This document shows, one piece after another, positions 36,678 to 47,296 of a stretch of 64,000 nucleotides of DNA; the first letter of the stretch is position 1; each line of letters begins with the position of its first letter. Both the position numbers and the translations under genes were made by a program. The notes beneath the pieces are model-generated. The model had not been told where the DNA came from and did not search any database. It saw nothing but the letters and a program-made list of their open reading frames with translations. The stretch comes from an uncultured Pseudomonadales bacterium (GTDB lineage: Bacteria; Patescibacteriota; Microgenomatia; UBA1400; PJMF01), in assembly GCA_964511345.1 (NCBI GenBank), contig CAZEEV010000001.1, positions 72,089 to 136,088 on the forward strand. The letters run 5' to 3'.

Positions 36678-37526
36678 ATGCAAAGATTGTTGGCCTGCTT
36701 GTTTGGATTTTTTCTATTGATATCTCCAGTTTATGCCCAGACTGTTGTAGATGAACAAGGCATTGCTGACAATGAGGTTTTAAAAACTGATTTGATTTGG
36801 CAAAAAGAGAGACTAGATGGAGAAATATCTGCCTTGAAGGCAACTTATCAAACCCAGTTAGAAAATTATTTATATCAAGAAAAGCTGTATAAAATTGCTT
36901 ACGATCAACATAAGCAGTTACAAACCTTGGTTTCGATTGAAGACTTAACTCAAAAAGCCAAAGCCTTAGGTCTTTCTAGAGATGAAGTACTGATTAGCTA
37001 TTTAGACTTATTAAGGTTGAACTTAATTGCTACAGAAGGTATAGAGTTATCCCTGAAGAGCAAATATTTAAGTCAACTCGAATCAAGTATTGTGTATCTT
37101 AAAGAACATCAGGAAAATCTCAAAAATTTCAATGATAGAGATGCGGTGTCTATCTCTTTGAGTACTTTTGCTAAAGATCAAAAAGATTTAGGTCAGCAAG
37201 CCAAGGAAGTACTAGTTTTGTTAGCCATTGGTAATTTACAAATGATTTATGACAAAGCAATTATCCTAAAAAAGGATATGGACACTTTTTTAGAAACTCA
37301 AGGATCCTTAAGCCTACCTGCTATAGGTAGGGCTAGCGATGAGACCAATCGCAGCTTGAGCTCGGCGAAGTTAAAGCTTGACGCTTTTTGGGCGGAAACT
37401 TTGAAAAGAAATGAAACCAATTGGTATTTGTCTAGATTTTATGATGATTTACCGAGGACGCTTAATCCCATTTATGTCAATTTATCTCAGTCCATATCTT
37501 ATTTAAATGAATTATTAGATATCTAA
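36678..37526 (+). CDS. Secreted coiled-coil hypothetical protein
   Basis: Signal peptide MQRLLACLFGFFLLISPVYAQ. Confidence 0.45.
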   Translation: MQRLLACLFGFFLLISPVYAQTVVDEQGIADNEVLKTDLIWQKERLDGEISALKATYQTQLENYLYQEKLYKIAYDQHKQLQTLVSIEDLTQKAKALGLSRDEVLISYLDLLRLNLIATEGIELSLKSKYLSQLESSIVYLKEHQENLKNFNDRDAVSISLSTFAKDQKDLGQQAKEVLVLLAIGNLQMIYDKAIILKKDMDTFLETQGSLSLPAIGRASDETNRSLSSAKLKLDAFWAETLKRNETNWYLSRFYDDLPRTLNPIYVNLSQSISYLNELLDI

Positions 37527-37530
37527 AATT

Positions 37531-37890
37531 ATGTTTGAACGTCAAGATTTTCAATCAAGCAATCAAACGGAGTTTGTTGATCAAGCTCAGTTTTTAGAAA
37601 AACAACGCACAGGTTTGTTGGATTTTCGTAATTTGAAAAAAAATAAAAATTTATTACCTTTTTCTATTTTAATTATTTTTGTTCTGTTATTTTTACTTGT
37701 GGTTATTTTGAAGGCTTTTTTGCCAGGTGATCAAGCAGAAATAGGTAAAACAGAAGAAGTTAAAGAAGAAGTCCAAGTTGACCCCATGCAATCGCGAGTC
37801 AATGAATTGCAAGAAAATCTTAAAACACACAACCCAACCAAACAAAGCTTACCATTTCCTCAGGTTGATTTAGAATTTAATATCAATTAG
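37531..37890 (+). CDS. Single-pass membrane hypothetical protein
   Basis: Central TM LLPFSILIIFVLLFLLVVILKAF. Confidence 0.4.
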   Translation: MFERQDFQSSNQTEFVDQAQFLEKQRTGLLDFRNLKKNKNLLPFSILIIFVLLFLLVVILKAFLPGDQAEIGKTEEVKEEVQVDPMQSRVNELQENLKTHNPTKQSLPFPQVDLEFNIN

Positions 37891-37891
37891 A

Positions 37892-38464
37892 ATGCTTCTC
37901 AAGAAAACTATGTCAATTAATAAAGATTCTTATCTAGAAAAATTTGAAAAAACTTTAACTTTTGCGCAAAATGATTTTGCGACTTTACGCACTGGTAGAG
38001 CTAGTGCCCAACTTTTAGATGGGGTTTCTGTAGAAGCTTATGGAACGAAAATGGCCTTGAACGAAGTGGCATCTATTTCTGTACCTGATACTCAACTTTT
38101 AGTTGTTAAGCCTTGGGACAAAAGTCTTTTATCTGAGATAGAAAAAGGTATTCAATTAGCACAGCTCAATCTCAATCCGATTGTTGATGGCGATATTATT
38201 AGAATTGCGGTACCTACTTTGACTCAAGAAAGAAGATTGGAAATGGTTAAATCTTTGCATCAAAAAGAAGAGGAAGTGAAGATTATGTTACGCAATATTC
38301 GTGCTGAGAGTCGCAAAGAAATCGAAAAACAAGAAGGTTCTGTTGGTATAAGTGAAGACGACATTAAGACAGAAGTTGAAGAGTTAGACACTTTTGTTAA
38401 AGAGTATGTTGGCAAGTTAGAGGATTTATCTAAGCGTAAAGAGCAAGAGCTTTTAAGTATTTAG
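37892..38464 (+). CDS. frr: Ribosome recycling factor
   Basis: LRTGRASAQLLDGVSVEAYG...PWDKSLL...RNIRAESRKE. Confidence 0.9.
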   Translation: MLLKKTMSINKDSYLEKFEKTLTFAQNDFATLRTGRASAQLLDGVSVEAYGTKMALNEVASISVPDTQLLVVKPWDKSLLSEIEKGIQLAQLNLNPIVDGDIIRIAVPTLTQERRLEMVKSLHQKEEEVKIMLRNIRAESRKEIEKQEGSVGISEDDIKTEVEELDTFVKEYVGKLEDLSKRKEQELLSI

Positions 38465-38465
38465 A

Positions 38466-39587
38466 ATGCTGACTTTTATGACAGCTTTAATTTTTATTGT
38501 CATTTTATCTGTTTTGGTAATTATCCACGAGTTCGGTCATTTTCTTTTCGCTAAAAAAAATAAAATTAAAGTTCATGAATTTGGACTTGGCTATCCACCT
38601 CGTCTTTTCAAGTTATTCCGTCATCAAGAAACTGTTTTTTCTATTAACTTGATTCCTTTTGGTGGTTTTGTGCAAATGGAAGGAGAAAATGGACCAGAAG
38701 AAAATGATGATCAAAGTGGTTCATTTCATCACAAATCAGCGAAAGCAAGGTTGAAAGTAATTTTAGCAGGAGTGTTGTTTAATTTTATTTTCGGTATTTT
38801 AGCCTTCACCATTGTTTTTTATCAACTGGGCATTCCTAAACAGTTATCAAATCAGGCTCGTATTAGTCAAATCACTGAAAATTCACCAGCTTCAAAAGCT
38901 GGTCTGCAGGCTAATACCAACATTATAGCCTTCAAGGTAGATGAGCAGTGGATAGAAATGAATAATATATCTCAAATACAAGATTTTGCGAGCCATCACT
39001 TGGGAGAAAATCTATCGATTAAAACTTCTTTGCTTTGTAAAGAAGAAAAATGTCCCTCGGTTTATGAAGAAAAACAAATCTATTTAAGGACGGCAGCAGA
39101 AACTCCTGAAGGAGAAGGTTCGATGGGTATTATTTTTACTGACGTAATTTTCAAACATTATCCTTGGTACCTCATGCCTTTTATGACAATTTTTTATGCT
39201 TTTAAGCAATCAATAGATCTTGGAATCTTAATTCTTCAGTCTTTGTGGAAATTAATTCTTGATTTGTTTGCTGGGCGCGGATTGCAACAAGAAGTGGCTG
39301 GTCCGATTGGTATTATAGATCAAGCCAGTACCTATGGTTTCTTCGAGGGTGGATTCCTGAGCATTCTTAATTTTGCCGCTCTTTTATCAATTAATTTGGG
39401 TATTATGAACTTGTTGCCAATCCCAGCCCTAGATGGTGGTAGAGCGGTCTTGGTTTTATTGGAAAAAGTTTTTGATAGAAAAAAAATAGACAAAATTGCG
39501 CACTATTTAAATTATTTTGGTTACATTTTTCTACTTGCTTTAATGGTCGTAGTTTCTTTTAATGATATAAGAAATATTTTTAGATAG
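38466..39587 (+). CDS. rseP: Site-2 protease (M50, RseP-like) with PDZ domain
   Basis: HEFGHF zinc motif in TM1, PDZ-like middle region, C-terminal NLLPIPALDGG. Confidence 0.85.
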   Translation: MLTFMTALIFIVILSVLVIIHEFGHFLFAKKNKIKVHEFGLGYPPRLFKLFRHQETVFSINLIPFGGFVQMEGENGPEENDDQSGSFHHKSAKARLKVILAGVLFNFIFGILAFTIVFYQLGIPKQLSNQARISQITENSPASKAGLQANTNIIAFKVDEQWIEMNNISQIQDFASHHLGENLSIKTSLLCKEEKCPSVYEEKQIYLRTAAETPEGEGSMGIIFTDVIFKHYPWYLMPFMTIFYAFKQSIDLGILILQSLWKLILDLFAGRGLQQEVAGPIGIIDQASTYGFFEGGFLSILNFAALLSINLGIMNLLPIPALDGGRAVLVLLEKVFDRKKIDKIAHYLNYFGYIFLLALMVVVSFNDIRNIFR

Positions 39588-39591
39588 ATTT

Positions 39592-39813
39592 ATGGCAAAA
39601 CATCGTACTAAAAAACTTCGTATTCGTGCTAAAGAGCATCGAACTGTGCGGTTGGAGAGTCAGAATTCTGAAAAGACTGTGCTCGATAAAGCTAGTCAAG
39701 AAGAAATTTTTAGTTATAGTCCTAAATTAATTGCTAAAGATTTGAAAAAAACTTTTTTATTAGTAATATTTATTTTACTTGTTTTGTTAAGCATTGCTTT
39801 AATATATACTTGA
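39592..39813 (+). CDS. Small C-terminal-TM protein, hypothetical
   Basis: 73 aa, basic N-terminus, TM at C-terminus. Confidence 0.35.
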   Translation: MAKHRTKKLRIRAKEHRTVRLESQNSEKTVLDKASQEEIFSYSPKLIAKDLKKTFLLVIFILLVLLSIALIYT

Positions 39814-39852
39814 GGCTTAACTTTAAAATGAAAAAATGAAGAAAGGTTTTTA

Positions 39853-41049
39853 ATGCCAAAGAAAAAATTGATTATTGCCTTAGTTTTGTACGTAGTGAGT
39901 GCTGGCCTGTCTTTTTTTGCCTTTTCTGCTTTTGGTGAGGGTACCCTTGCCAGTAGTCTCAACACTAAAAAAACCAATGAGCCAGAAGAAACTTTGCTTA
40001 CTAGCTTGCTTAATATAGCTCCCGGCGAAGCTAAAGACCAGGCTTGTCCCTTGAATGGTGCTTACTACACCACGACTGAAAAAAATGCTTGGGAAACACG
40101 TCGTCCTCTTTACGTTATGATTGAAAACACCCCAGATTCTCGTCCACAAGCTGGCTTGAGTCGTGCAGACGTAGTTTTTGAAGCTGTGGCTGAAGGAGGA
40201 GTGACCCGTTTTGGAGCTTTATTTTATTGCGCAGCTCAATATCAAGAGCTAACTTTGGCTCCAATTCGCTCTGCTCGTACCTATTTTGTTGATTGGGCAT
40301 CAGGATTCAATTTGCCAATGTATGTGCATGTTGGTGGAGCTAATGTAGCTGGACCAACTGATGCTCTTGGTCAAATTGGAGATTATGGATGGGAAGGTCA
40401 AAACGATATTAATCAATTTTCAGTGGGTTACCCAACTTTCGTTCGCAATTACAATCGTATTCCTGGTAAAGAAATTGCCACGGAACACACCATGGAAACC
40501 ACTACGGAAGCTTTATGGGCAGTGGCCGCCAAACGTAATTGGACTAATATTACTCCAGAGAGAATGGTAGCTAGAAGAACAATTCCAGCTGCTTCTTGGA
40601 GCAGTGCTTACAAGGGATGGATTTATGAAACAGAAATTCCAGCTGCAGGTTCAACCACCAAAATTGCCTACGATTTCTGGTCTGGATACAATCAATATTC
40701 AGTTGAGTGGAATTATGATGCTACTGCCGATGCTTATAAGAGAAATAATGCTGGTGAAGCTTTTACTGATATTAATAATAATGAACAAATTGCTAGTAAA
40801 AATGTGGTAATTTTGTTGACTACAGAAAAAGGACCGATTAATGAAAAGAAACATATGCTTTATGGCACTACTGGTCGCGGCAAAGCTTTGATTTTTAAAC
40901 ATGGTCAGGCACCTATTGAAGCTAATTGGGTCAAAGCAACTCGTGAAGCAGAACTGCAATTTGTTGATGTACGCGGCAAAGATGTAGAGTTGGCTAGAGG
41001 ACAAGTTTGGATTTCAGTTTTAGCCACTGGTTCTGAAGTTATCTACTAG
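39853..41049 (+). CDS. DUF3048-family lipoprotein/secreted protein (YerB-like)
   Basis: RPLYVMIENTPDSRPQAGLSRADVVFEAVAEGGVTRFGALFY typical of DUF3048; N-terminal TM. Confidence 0.6.
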   Translation: MPKKKLIIALVLYVVSAGLSFFAFSAFGEGTLASSLNTKKTNEPEETLLTSLLNIAPGEAKDQACPLNGAYYTTTEKNAWETRRPLYVMIENTPDSRPQAGLSRADVVFEAVAEGGVTRFGALFYCAAQYQELTLAPIRSARTYFVDWASGFNLPMYVHVGGANVAGPTDALGQIGDYGWEGQNDINQFSVGYPTFVRNYNRIPGKEIATEHTMETTTEALWAVAAKRNWTNITPERMVARRTIPAASWSSAYKGWIYETEIPAAGSTTKIAYDFWSGYNQYSVEWNYDATADAYKRNNAGEAFTDINNNEQIASKNVVILLTTEKGPINEKKHMLYGTTGRGKALIFKHGQAPIEANWVKATREAELQFVDVRGKDVELARGQVWISVLATGSEVIY

Positions 41050-41071
41050 TCACATAAATTAAAAAATTAAA

Positions 41072-41108
41072 AGCTGGTGAAGTAGTATTTACTTCCCCAG
41101 CTTTTTTT
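41072..41108 (+). terminator. Rho-independent terminator after the DUF3048 gene
   Basis: AGCTGGtGAAGTA-gtatt-TACTTCcCCAGCT followed by TTTTTTT. Confidence 0.6.
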
Positions 41109-41155
41109 GTTACTATTTGAATTGAGTACAAATTGACTTCAATTAAGGATTCTTT

Positions 41156-41755
41156 ATGGCAGACTTAAGTGATTTATTGGTTTCCAAAGTAAGAGTAAAA
41201 ATGCTATCGCTTTTTTTTGAAAAATCTAGCGACATGTTTTATGTACGTGAAATCACTCGTTTGATCAAAGAAGAAATTAATGCAGTGCGTCGTGAATTAG
41301 ATCGCATGTTGGAATGTGGCTTATTGAAAAGTGAGCAGCGTGCCAATCGTCTCTATTATTATCTCAACAAAAAGTACCTCTATTTTCAAGAGTTACAAAG
41401 AATGATTATTAAAACTACTGGTCTTGGCAAAAAAATTAGAAAATATAGACGCAAATTAGGTGACGTTAATTATGTTGTTTTTACTGGGGCTTTTTTGAAT
41501 CAAGAAAAATTAAATAAAGATGAATTAGACATTTTGGTAGTGGGTGAAGTGGTTTTGCCTGAACTAGAAGCCTTAATAAAAGCAGAAGAGAAAGAATTTG
41601 GTCGAGAAATTAACTATGCAGTTTTAGCTGCGGAAGAGTTTGAATTTCGTAAAACTCGCCGAGACCCATTCATTATGGAAGTTATGTACGGAGTGAGAGT
41701 AATGGTTATTGGAGATGAATTGGAATTTTGTCATCGAGAATTACCTACCATTTAA
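41156..41755 (+). CDS. Winged-helix regulator-like hypothetical protein
   Basis: N-terminal wHTH-like segment (MFYVREITRLIKEEINAVRRELDRML); C-terminal domain unknown. Confidence 0.4.
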   Translation: MADLSDLLVSKVRVKMLSLFFEKSSDMFYVREITRLIKEEINAVRRELDRMLECGLLKSEQRANRLYYYLNKKYLYFQELQRMIIKTTGLGKKIRKYRRKLGDVNYVVFTGAFLNQEKLNKDELDILVVGEVVLPELEALIKAEEKEFGREINYAVLAAEEFEFRKTRRDPFIMEVMYGVRVMVIGDELEFCHRELPTI

Positions 41756-41758
41756 TAT

Positions 41759-43135
41759 TTGCCACATATGAAGAAAAAATCTTTAACTAAGCCTTTATTT
41801 TTAATTTTTTTCTTAACTGTTGCAGCTGGTTTTATTGCTTTGCCAGATCAATTTGGAAATTTTAAAAAACCTAAAATAGATTTTTATTTTTGGGGAAAAC
41901 ACATTTATAAAGATTATCAGCTGCGCAAAGGCCTAGATATTCAGGGAGGAATGCAAGTGGTTTTGGAAGCAGAAATGAATGATATTCCTGATGAAGATAA
42001 AGAGATTGCTTTGGAATCTGCTCGTGAGGTGATTGCTAAAAGAGTAGATTTATATGGTATTAGCGAATCATCAATTCAAACTTCTAGAGCTAATGAACAA
42101 AATCGTTTAATTATTGAATTGCCTGGCGTTTCTGATCCGGCTCAGGCTTTAGAATTAGTTGGGCGCACCGCTCTTTTGGAATTTAAGTTACAAAGAGAAC
42201 TTACTCAAGAGGAAAGCATTGAGGCGACTGCATCACCACAAATTTGGCTCAATTCTTTTGTGGATACAGGATTAACTGGCAAACAGTTAAAAAAATCTCA
42301 GGCTCAACTAGATCCACAAACTTCTAAACCGATTATTTCTCTGGAAATGAATGAAGAAGGTCGAGAATTATTTGCTGATATTACCAAAAACAATGTTAAC
42401 GAAGTTTTGGCTATTTTTGTTGATGGTATGCCAATTATGACTCCTGTCATTTCTACGCCGATTTTAGATGGCAAGGCAGTCATTAATGGTGAATTTAGTG
42501 TCGAAGAAGCCAAAAATCTAGCCATTCAATTAAACGCTGGTGCTTTGCCTGTTAATATTAAAGTTTTGGAACAAAAAACCATCGGTGCTAGCTTGGGTGA
42601 CGAATCCATCCAAAAAAGTGTCAAAGCTGGTTTGATTGGTTTGTCTTTAGTTTTATTATTCATGATTCTTTATTATGGTTGGTTAGGTTTTGTAGCCAGT
42701 TTCTCCTTAATTATTTACGCCATTTTGACCATTGCCCTCTACAAAGTTCTAGGCGTAGTTTTGACTTTACCAGGCATAGCTGGCTTGATTTTAACGATTG
42801 GCATGGCGGTGGATGCTAATATTTTAATCTTTGAGAGAATGAAAGAAGAATTGCGAGTGGGTCATCCTTATGCTCGAGCCATGGAATTAGGTTTTGGTCG
42901 TGCTTGGGATAGTATTAAAGATGCTAATTTAGCTTCGATTTTCACCGCTTTGGTTTTAATCAATCCATTAAATTTTGCCTTCTTAAATACTAGTGGCATG
43001 GTCAAAGGTTTTGGTCTAACTTTTCTGATTGGTACGCTTTTGAGTTTATTTACAGGTGTAGTCGTTAGTAGATTATTGTTAAGAGCCTTCTTGCCAATTT
43101 TTTTGAAATTAAGCAGAAAAAATGAGGAACCCTGA
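41759..43135 (+). CDS. secD: Protein translocase subunit SecD
   Basis: LDIQGGMQVVLEA, periplasmic domain, 6 C-terminal TM helices. Confidence 0.85.
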   Translation: MPHMKKKSLTKPLFLIFFLTVAAGFIALPDQFGNFKKPKIDFYFWGKHIYKDYQLRKGLDIQGGMQVVLEAEMNDIPDEDKEIALESAREVIAKRVDLYGISESSIQTSRANEQNRLIIELPGVSDPAQALELVGRTALLEFKLQRELTQEESIEATASPQIWLNSFVDTGLTGKQLKKSQAQLDPQTSKPIISLEMNEEGRELFADITKNNVNEVLAIFVDGMPIMTPVISTPILDGKAVINGEFSVEEAKNLAIQLNAGALPVNIKVLEQKTIGASLGDESIQKSVKAGLIGLSLVLLFMILYYGWLGFVASFSLIIYAILTIALYKVLGVVLTLPGIAGLILTIGMAVDANILIFERMKEELRVGHPYARAMELGFGRAWDSIKDANLASIFTALVLINPLNFAFLNTSGMVKGFGLTFLIGTLLSLFTGVVVSRLLLRAFLPIFLKLSRKNEEP

Positions 43136-43137
43136 GC

Positions 43138-44013
43138 ATGAAATTAATGAGATTCAAAAAAATTTATTTTTTAATTTCCTTAACTTTTTTAGTTCCAGGA
43201 ATAATATCTTTATTGTTATTTGGTTTAAAACCAGCCATCGATTTTACCGGAGGTTCATTGTTGGAGCTACATTTCACTGATCAAAGCAAAACCACTTTGC
43301 AAGAAGATGATTTTAAAAATACTTTGTCGCAATTTTATGAAGCTAATGTGGTCCAAAATTCTGGAGAAAATAAAATGATTATTAAGGGTAAGGAAATTAA
43401 TAATCAAGAGAAGGATGAGCTTATTAATAAGTTGAGTCAAAGTTATGGCTTATTGGAGGTTCTACGTTTTGAAACTGTCGGGCCTATTTTGGGAGCAGAA
43501 TTATTAAAGAAAACTTTAGTGGCAGTGGTTTTAGTAGCTGGCATTATTACTTTTTATGTGTGGAAACAATTTAGTGAGCTTAAATACGGCGTTTGTGCAG
43601 TTTTAGCCATGTTGCATGATTCCTTGATTTTAATTGGTGCCTTTAGTTTGCTGGGTCATTTTTTTGATGTCGAAGTTGACGTTTTATTTGTTACTGCTTT
43701 GTTAACCACACTCTCTTTTTCTATCCACGACACAATTGTGGTCTATGACCGCATTAGAGAATTAAAGCGCAAACATCCGCGCTCTGACTTAGAAGAAATT
43801 GCCAATGCCGCAGTTTTGGAAACCTTAAGTAGATCGATTAATAATTCAATGACCATTATTATTATGTTATTAAGCTTGGTTGTTTTGGGTGGGGATACGA
43901 TCCGTTGGTTCTCAATGGCTTTATTAATCGGTGCTATCACCGGTACTTATTCTAGTACTTTTACGGCTGTACCATTGCTTTTAGTAGTTAATAGAAAAAA
44001 ATTAACTAAGTAG
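43138..44013 (+). CDS. secF: Protein translocase subunit SecF
   Basis: IDFTGGSLLELHF, RND-like 6 TM, follows secD by 3 nt. Confidence 0.85.
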   Translation: MKLMRFKKIYFLISLTFLVPGIISLLLFGLKPAIDFTGGSLLELHFTDQSKTTLQEDDFKNTLSQFYEANVVQNSGENKMIIKGKEINNQEKDELINKLSQSYGLLEVLRFETVGPILGAELLKKTLVAVVLVAGIITFYVWKQFSELKYGVCAVLAMLHDSLILIGAFSLLGHFFDVEVDVLFVTALLTTLSFSIHDTIVVYDRIRELKRKHPRSDLEEIANAAVLETLSRSINNSMTIIIMLLSLVVLGGDTIRWFSMALLIGAITGTYSSTFTAVPLLLVVNRKKLTK

Positions 44014-45585
44014 TTTTTTAGCTTCTTCAAGTAGTTGTTCTTTGGAATTTAACGCTGGATTTTCTAGCACTTTTTCTAATAATTTATCCAGGATTTCTCC
44101 CAAAATAGGTCCTGGTTTTAAATTTAGTTCGCTCATTAAATCATTGCCATTGATATTCAAATCATCTAAGCCCATTGGTTGATTTAGTTGCTCGATAATT
44201 CTCTGTTTCATTTCTTCTAAACGCCAACTAGTTTTTTTTGCTCCACTACCTAAGCGATCGCCTTCTCTCAAATCAAGAATGTCATCGATATTTTCAAATC
44301 CAACGCGACGAATAAAACGACGAATAGAAGCGTCCGAGTGGTGTTCTTGATAATGAAACATATGATAACGAACGAGAATAAAAACTCTTTGCACTTCTTT
44401 CTTATACAACCTCAGGCGATTAGCAATTTTACTTGCCAATCTAGAACCTAAAATATCATGATTATAGAAAGTAATTTCGTTAGTTTCTTCTTTGTAGGAA
44501 GGTGGTTTGCCAATATCGTGTAATAAAGTTGCTAAACGTACAACTGGATCTTTAGAAGGACAATATCTCAGTGCATCAATGCTATGAGTCCAAACATCAG
44601 TGGTATGGTGACCTTTTTGTTGCATATTAATACCTGGATAAAGTTCAGGTATGATTTGTTTTAACAAGCCAGTTTCATGGAGCATTTCTATACCTTTAGC
44701 AGGATTTTCACTGCTTAGAATTTTTAGAAATTCATCTCTAATTCTTTCAAAACTTACAAACCTTAAGGAATCTTTATGAAACTTGATGGCAAAATAGGTT
44801 TCTGTATCGATGTCCATATTGAGTTGGACAGCCAAGCGGATAGCGCGCAACATGCGCAGGGCATCTTCAGCGAATCTTTGATCTGGTTTGCCAACAGTAC
44901 GAATAATTCTTTTATTAAGATCATCTTGACCATGATGATGATCAATTAGCGTAAATTGCTCTTTTTCGATTAGATAATTTGTTTGCAGTGCTTTTTCTTT
45001 AAAAATTTGCTGTAAATACTCTTGATTAACTTCAATTGCCAAGGCATTAATGGTAAAGTCTCTTCTTTCTAAGTCTTCTTTAATATTTTTCCCAAAAGTG
45101 ACCTCTTCAGGACGACGATGATCTAAATATTCGCCATCGCTGCGGAAGGTTGTAATTTCAAAAGGTGTTAGCTTATTGGCAATTGGTTTTTCTTCATTTT
45201 CAACACTGTTAACTTTGTCTTTTAACGAGATATGAATTTTTTTAGCGTTTTTTAAATCAATAATTCTATTACTTGAGGGAGCGGCTTGCACAAATAGATG
45301 ACTGAGATTTTTAACAGGCAACTGATGGTTTTGTTCGACGAGTTCTAATAATTTCTCATGGGTGATGCTGACGGTACCAAACTTATTTTCATAAAAACTA
45401 TCTATGAAGATTTTTTGAATTTTTTCAGGAGTTGCATCAGTAGTAAAATCATAATCCTTAATTAACTCTGGTTTGCAATTCATCACTAAATCGCGCACTG
45501 CTCCTCCGACCAAAAAAGCAGTAAAACCATTTTTATTTAAAAGATGAAGGATGTATAAAATTTCAAATGGTAAATTCAAGCTCAT
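44002..45585 (-). CDS. cca: CCA-adding tRNA nucleotidyltransferase / poly(A) polymerase with HD domain
   Basis: FLVGGAVRDL, DYDFTTDATPE, C-terminal HD motif LLHDIGKP. Confidence 0.85.
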   Translation of the reverse strand: MSLNLPFEILYILHLLNKNGFTAFLVGGAVRDLVMNCKPELIKDYDFTTDATPEKIQKIFIDSFYENKFGTVSITHEKLLELVEQNHQLPVKNLSHLFVQAAPSSNRIIDLKNAKKIHISLKDKVNSVENEEKPIANKLTPFEITTFRSDGEYLDHRRPEEVTFGKNIKEDLERRDFTINALAIEVNQEYLQQIFKEKALQTNYLIEKEQFTLIDHHHGQDDLNKRIIRTVGKPDQRFAEDALRMLRAIRLAVQLNMDIDTETYFAIKFHKDSLRFVSFERIRDEFLKILSSENPAKGIEMLHETGLLKQIIPELYPGINMQQKGHHTTDVWTHSIDALRYCPSKDPVVRLATLLHDIGKPPSYKEETNEITFYNHDILGSRLASKIANRLRLYKKEVQRVFILVRYHMFHYQEHHSDASIRRFIRRVGFENIDDILDLREGDRLGSGAKKTSWRLEEMKQRIIEQLNQPMGLDDLNINGNDLMSELNLKPGPILGEILDKLLEKVLENPALNSKEQLLEEAKKLLS

Positions 45586-45609
45586 AGCTTTATTATAAGT
45601 CTAAGTATC

Positions 45610-47259
45610 ATGAAATGGCATATTCAATCCCCTCAAATTCCTGGAAATTCAGTTGAGCTTGAGAAAATTCTTTTAGAAAATCGTTCCATTCAAGATGTGG
45701 ACGATTTTTTTAAGGGCAAGTCGCCTTTTAAAATTTCCATAGAAGAATTAGGAATTAAGCAAGCAGCGCTAAGTAAAATAAAAAAAAGACTAGCTCGGGC
45801 TAAAGAAAAGCAGGAAAAAATTGTTATTTTTGGTGATTATGATGCAGATGGAATTAGTGCGACGGCTGTTTTGTGGCAAGTTTTGCATGATCAGGGTTAT
45901 CAAGTTTTACCCTTTATTCCTAATCGCCTTAAACATGGCTATGGTTTATCAGTTAAGGCTCTAAATGATTTAATGATCAAAGAGCCCGAAATCAGCTTAG
46001 TGCTCACGGTTGACAATGGCATTGTGGCGCATAAAGCCCTTGATTTTTTGGCACAAAAAAATATTGATGTGATTGTTAGCGATCATCATCAGAGTGATGG
46101 CAAAGCAATCAATGCTTTAGCAGTTTTTCATTCAAGTCAAGTTTGTGGTTGTGCTGTAGCTTGGTTTTTAGCCAGAGAGCTAAGTACAGAAGCGCAAAAA
46201 AAATTATTAATTGATTTACTGGGTTTGGTAGCGATTGCGACGGTGACAGATTTAATGCCGCTCTTATCACTAAATCGTTCTTTATTAATGTATGGTTTAG
46301 CTGTATTGCGAGCTAATCAAAATTTAGGCCTGAAAAGATTATTTAGTAAGGCTTCAATCGACGTATCAAAAATTGATGCCTATACGCTTGGTTTTCAAGT
46401 TGGGCCACGCATTAATGCTATGGGTCGTTTAGCTGATGGGATGGATGCGTTGCGCTTATTGTGCACTAAAAACGAAAAAAAAGCCGATGAGCTAAGTGAT
46501 CTATTACAAAATACTAATGAAGATAGACAAAACCTGACTTTTGACTCAATTGGACAAGCCGAAAAAATTATTAGTGAAGAAAAAGATCAGACCTTAATCT
46601 TTTTAAGTTCCAAAGAATATCATGAAGGAATCATTGGTTTAATTGCTGGCAAGATGACTGAAAAATTTTCTAAACCAAGTATTGTTGTTAGCGTAGGCGA
46701 AGAAGTATCTAAGGCTTCTGCTCGTTCTTTAGCTGACTTTAATATTACGCAGTTCATTCGCTTATTTAAAAAAGATTTGTTAGAGGTTGGCGGACATCCT
46801 CTGGCAGCTGGTTTTGCTTTGGAGACCTCAAAAATTGAATTAGTCAAAAAAGCTATGCAGAGTAAAGCAAATGAGTTGTTGACAGGTAAGTGTTTGGAAA
46901 AAACTCTTGAAGTCGAGACCGTGCTGCCTACAAATTTATTGACTGTAAAAACTATCAAATTAATAGATAAATTTGCACCCTTTGGTTTGGCTAACTCTAA
47001 GCCGATTTTTGTTTTAGAAAAAGCTTTAATTAAAAACTATAAACTTTTAGGTAGAGAACAAGAACATTTGAAATTAACTATTGTTTTCGACGATTCCGAG
47101 CAAGAATATGAGTTATTAGCTTGGGGGCAAGCCAGTAAACTTTCGGAATTCCAAATTAATGGATATTTCGATTTAGCAGTGACCTTAGAACTTAACGTCT
47201 ACCGTGATCTTGAAAAGATGCAATTAGTTTTAAGAGATTTCAAAAAACCGAGGCATTGA
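45610..47259 (+). CDS. recJ: Single-stranded-DNA-specific exonuclease RecJ
   Basis: DHH motifs IFGDYDADGISA, TVDNGI, VSDHHQ; DHHA1 GGHPLAAG. Confidence 0.9.
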   Translation: MKWHIQSPQIPGNSVELEKILLENRSIQDVDDFFKGKSPFKISIEELGIKQAALSKIKKRLARAKEKQEKIVIFGDYDADGISATAVLWQVLHDQGYQVLPFIPNRLKHGYGLSVKALNDLMIKEPEISLVLTVDNGIVAHKALDFLAQKNIDVIVSDHHQSDGKAINALAVFHSSQVCGCAVAWFLARELSTEAQKKLLIDLLGLVAIATVTDLMPLLSLNRSLLMYGLAVLRANQNLGLKRLFSKASIDVSKIDAYTLGFQVGPRINAMGRLADGMDALRLLCTKNEKKADELSDLLQNTNEDRQNLTFDSIGQAEKIISEEKDQTLIFLSSKEYHEGIIGLIAGKMTEKFSKPSIVVSVGEEVSKASARSLADFNITQFIRLFKKDLLEVGGHPLAAGFALETSKIELVKKAMQSKANELLTGKCLEKTLEVETVLPTNLLTVKTIKLIDKFAPFGLANSKPIFVLEKALIKNYKLLGREQEHLKLTIVFDDSEQEYELLAWGQASKLSEFQINGYFDLAVTLELNVYRDLEKMQLVLRDFKKPRH

Positions 47260-47274
47260 TAGCCTCGGTTTTTC
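47248..47274. terminator. Bidirectional terminator shared by recJ (+) and the DsbA-like gene (-)
   Basis: aaaaaaCCGAGGCattgataGCCTCGGttttt; the recJ stop codon lies in the loop. Confidence 0.65.
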
Positions 47275-47296
47275 AAATTTTAAAGTGAGAAAATTT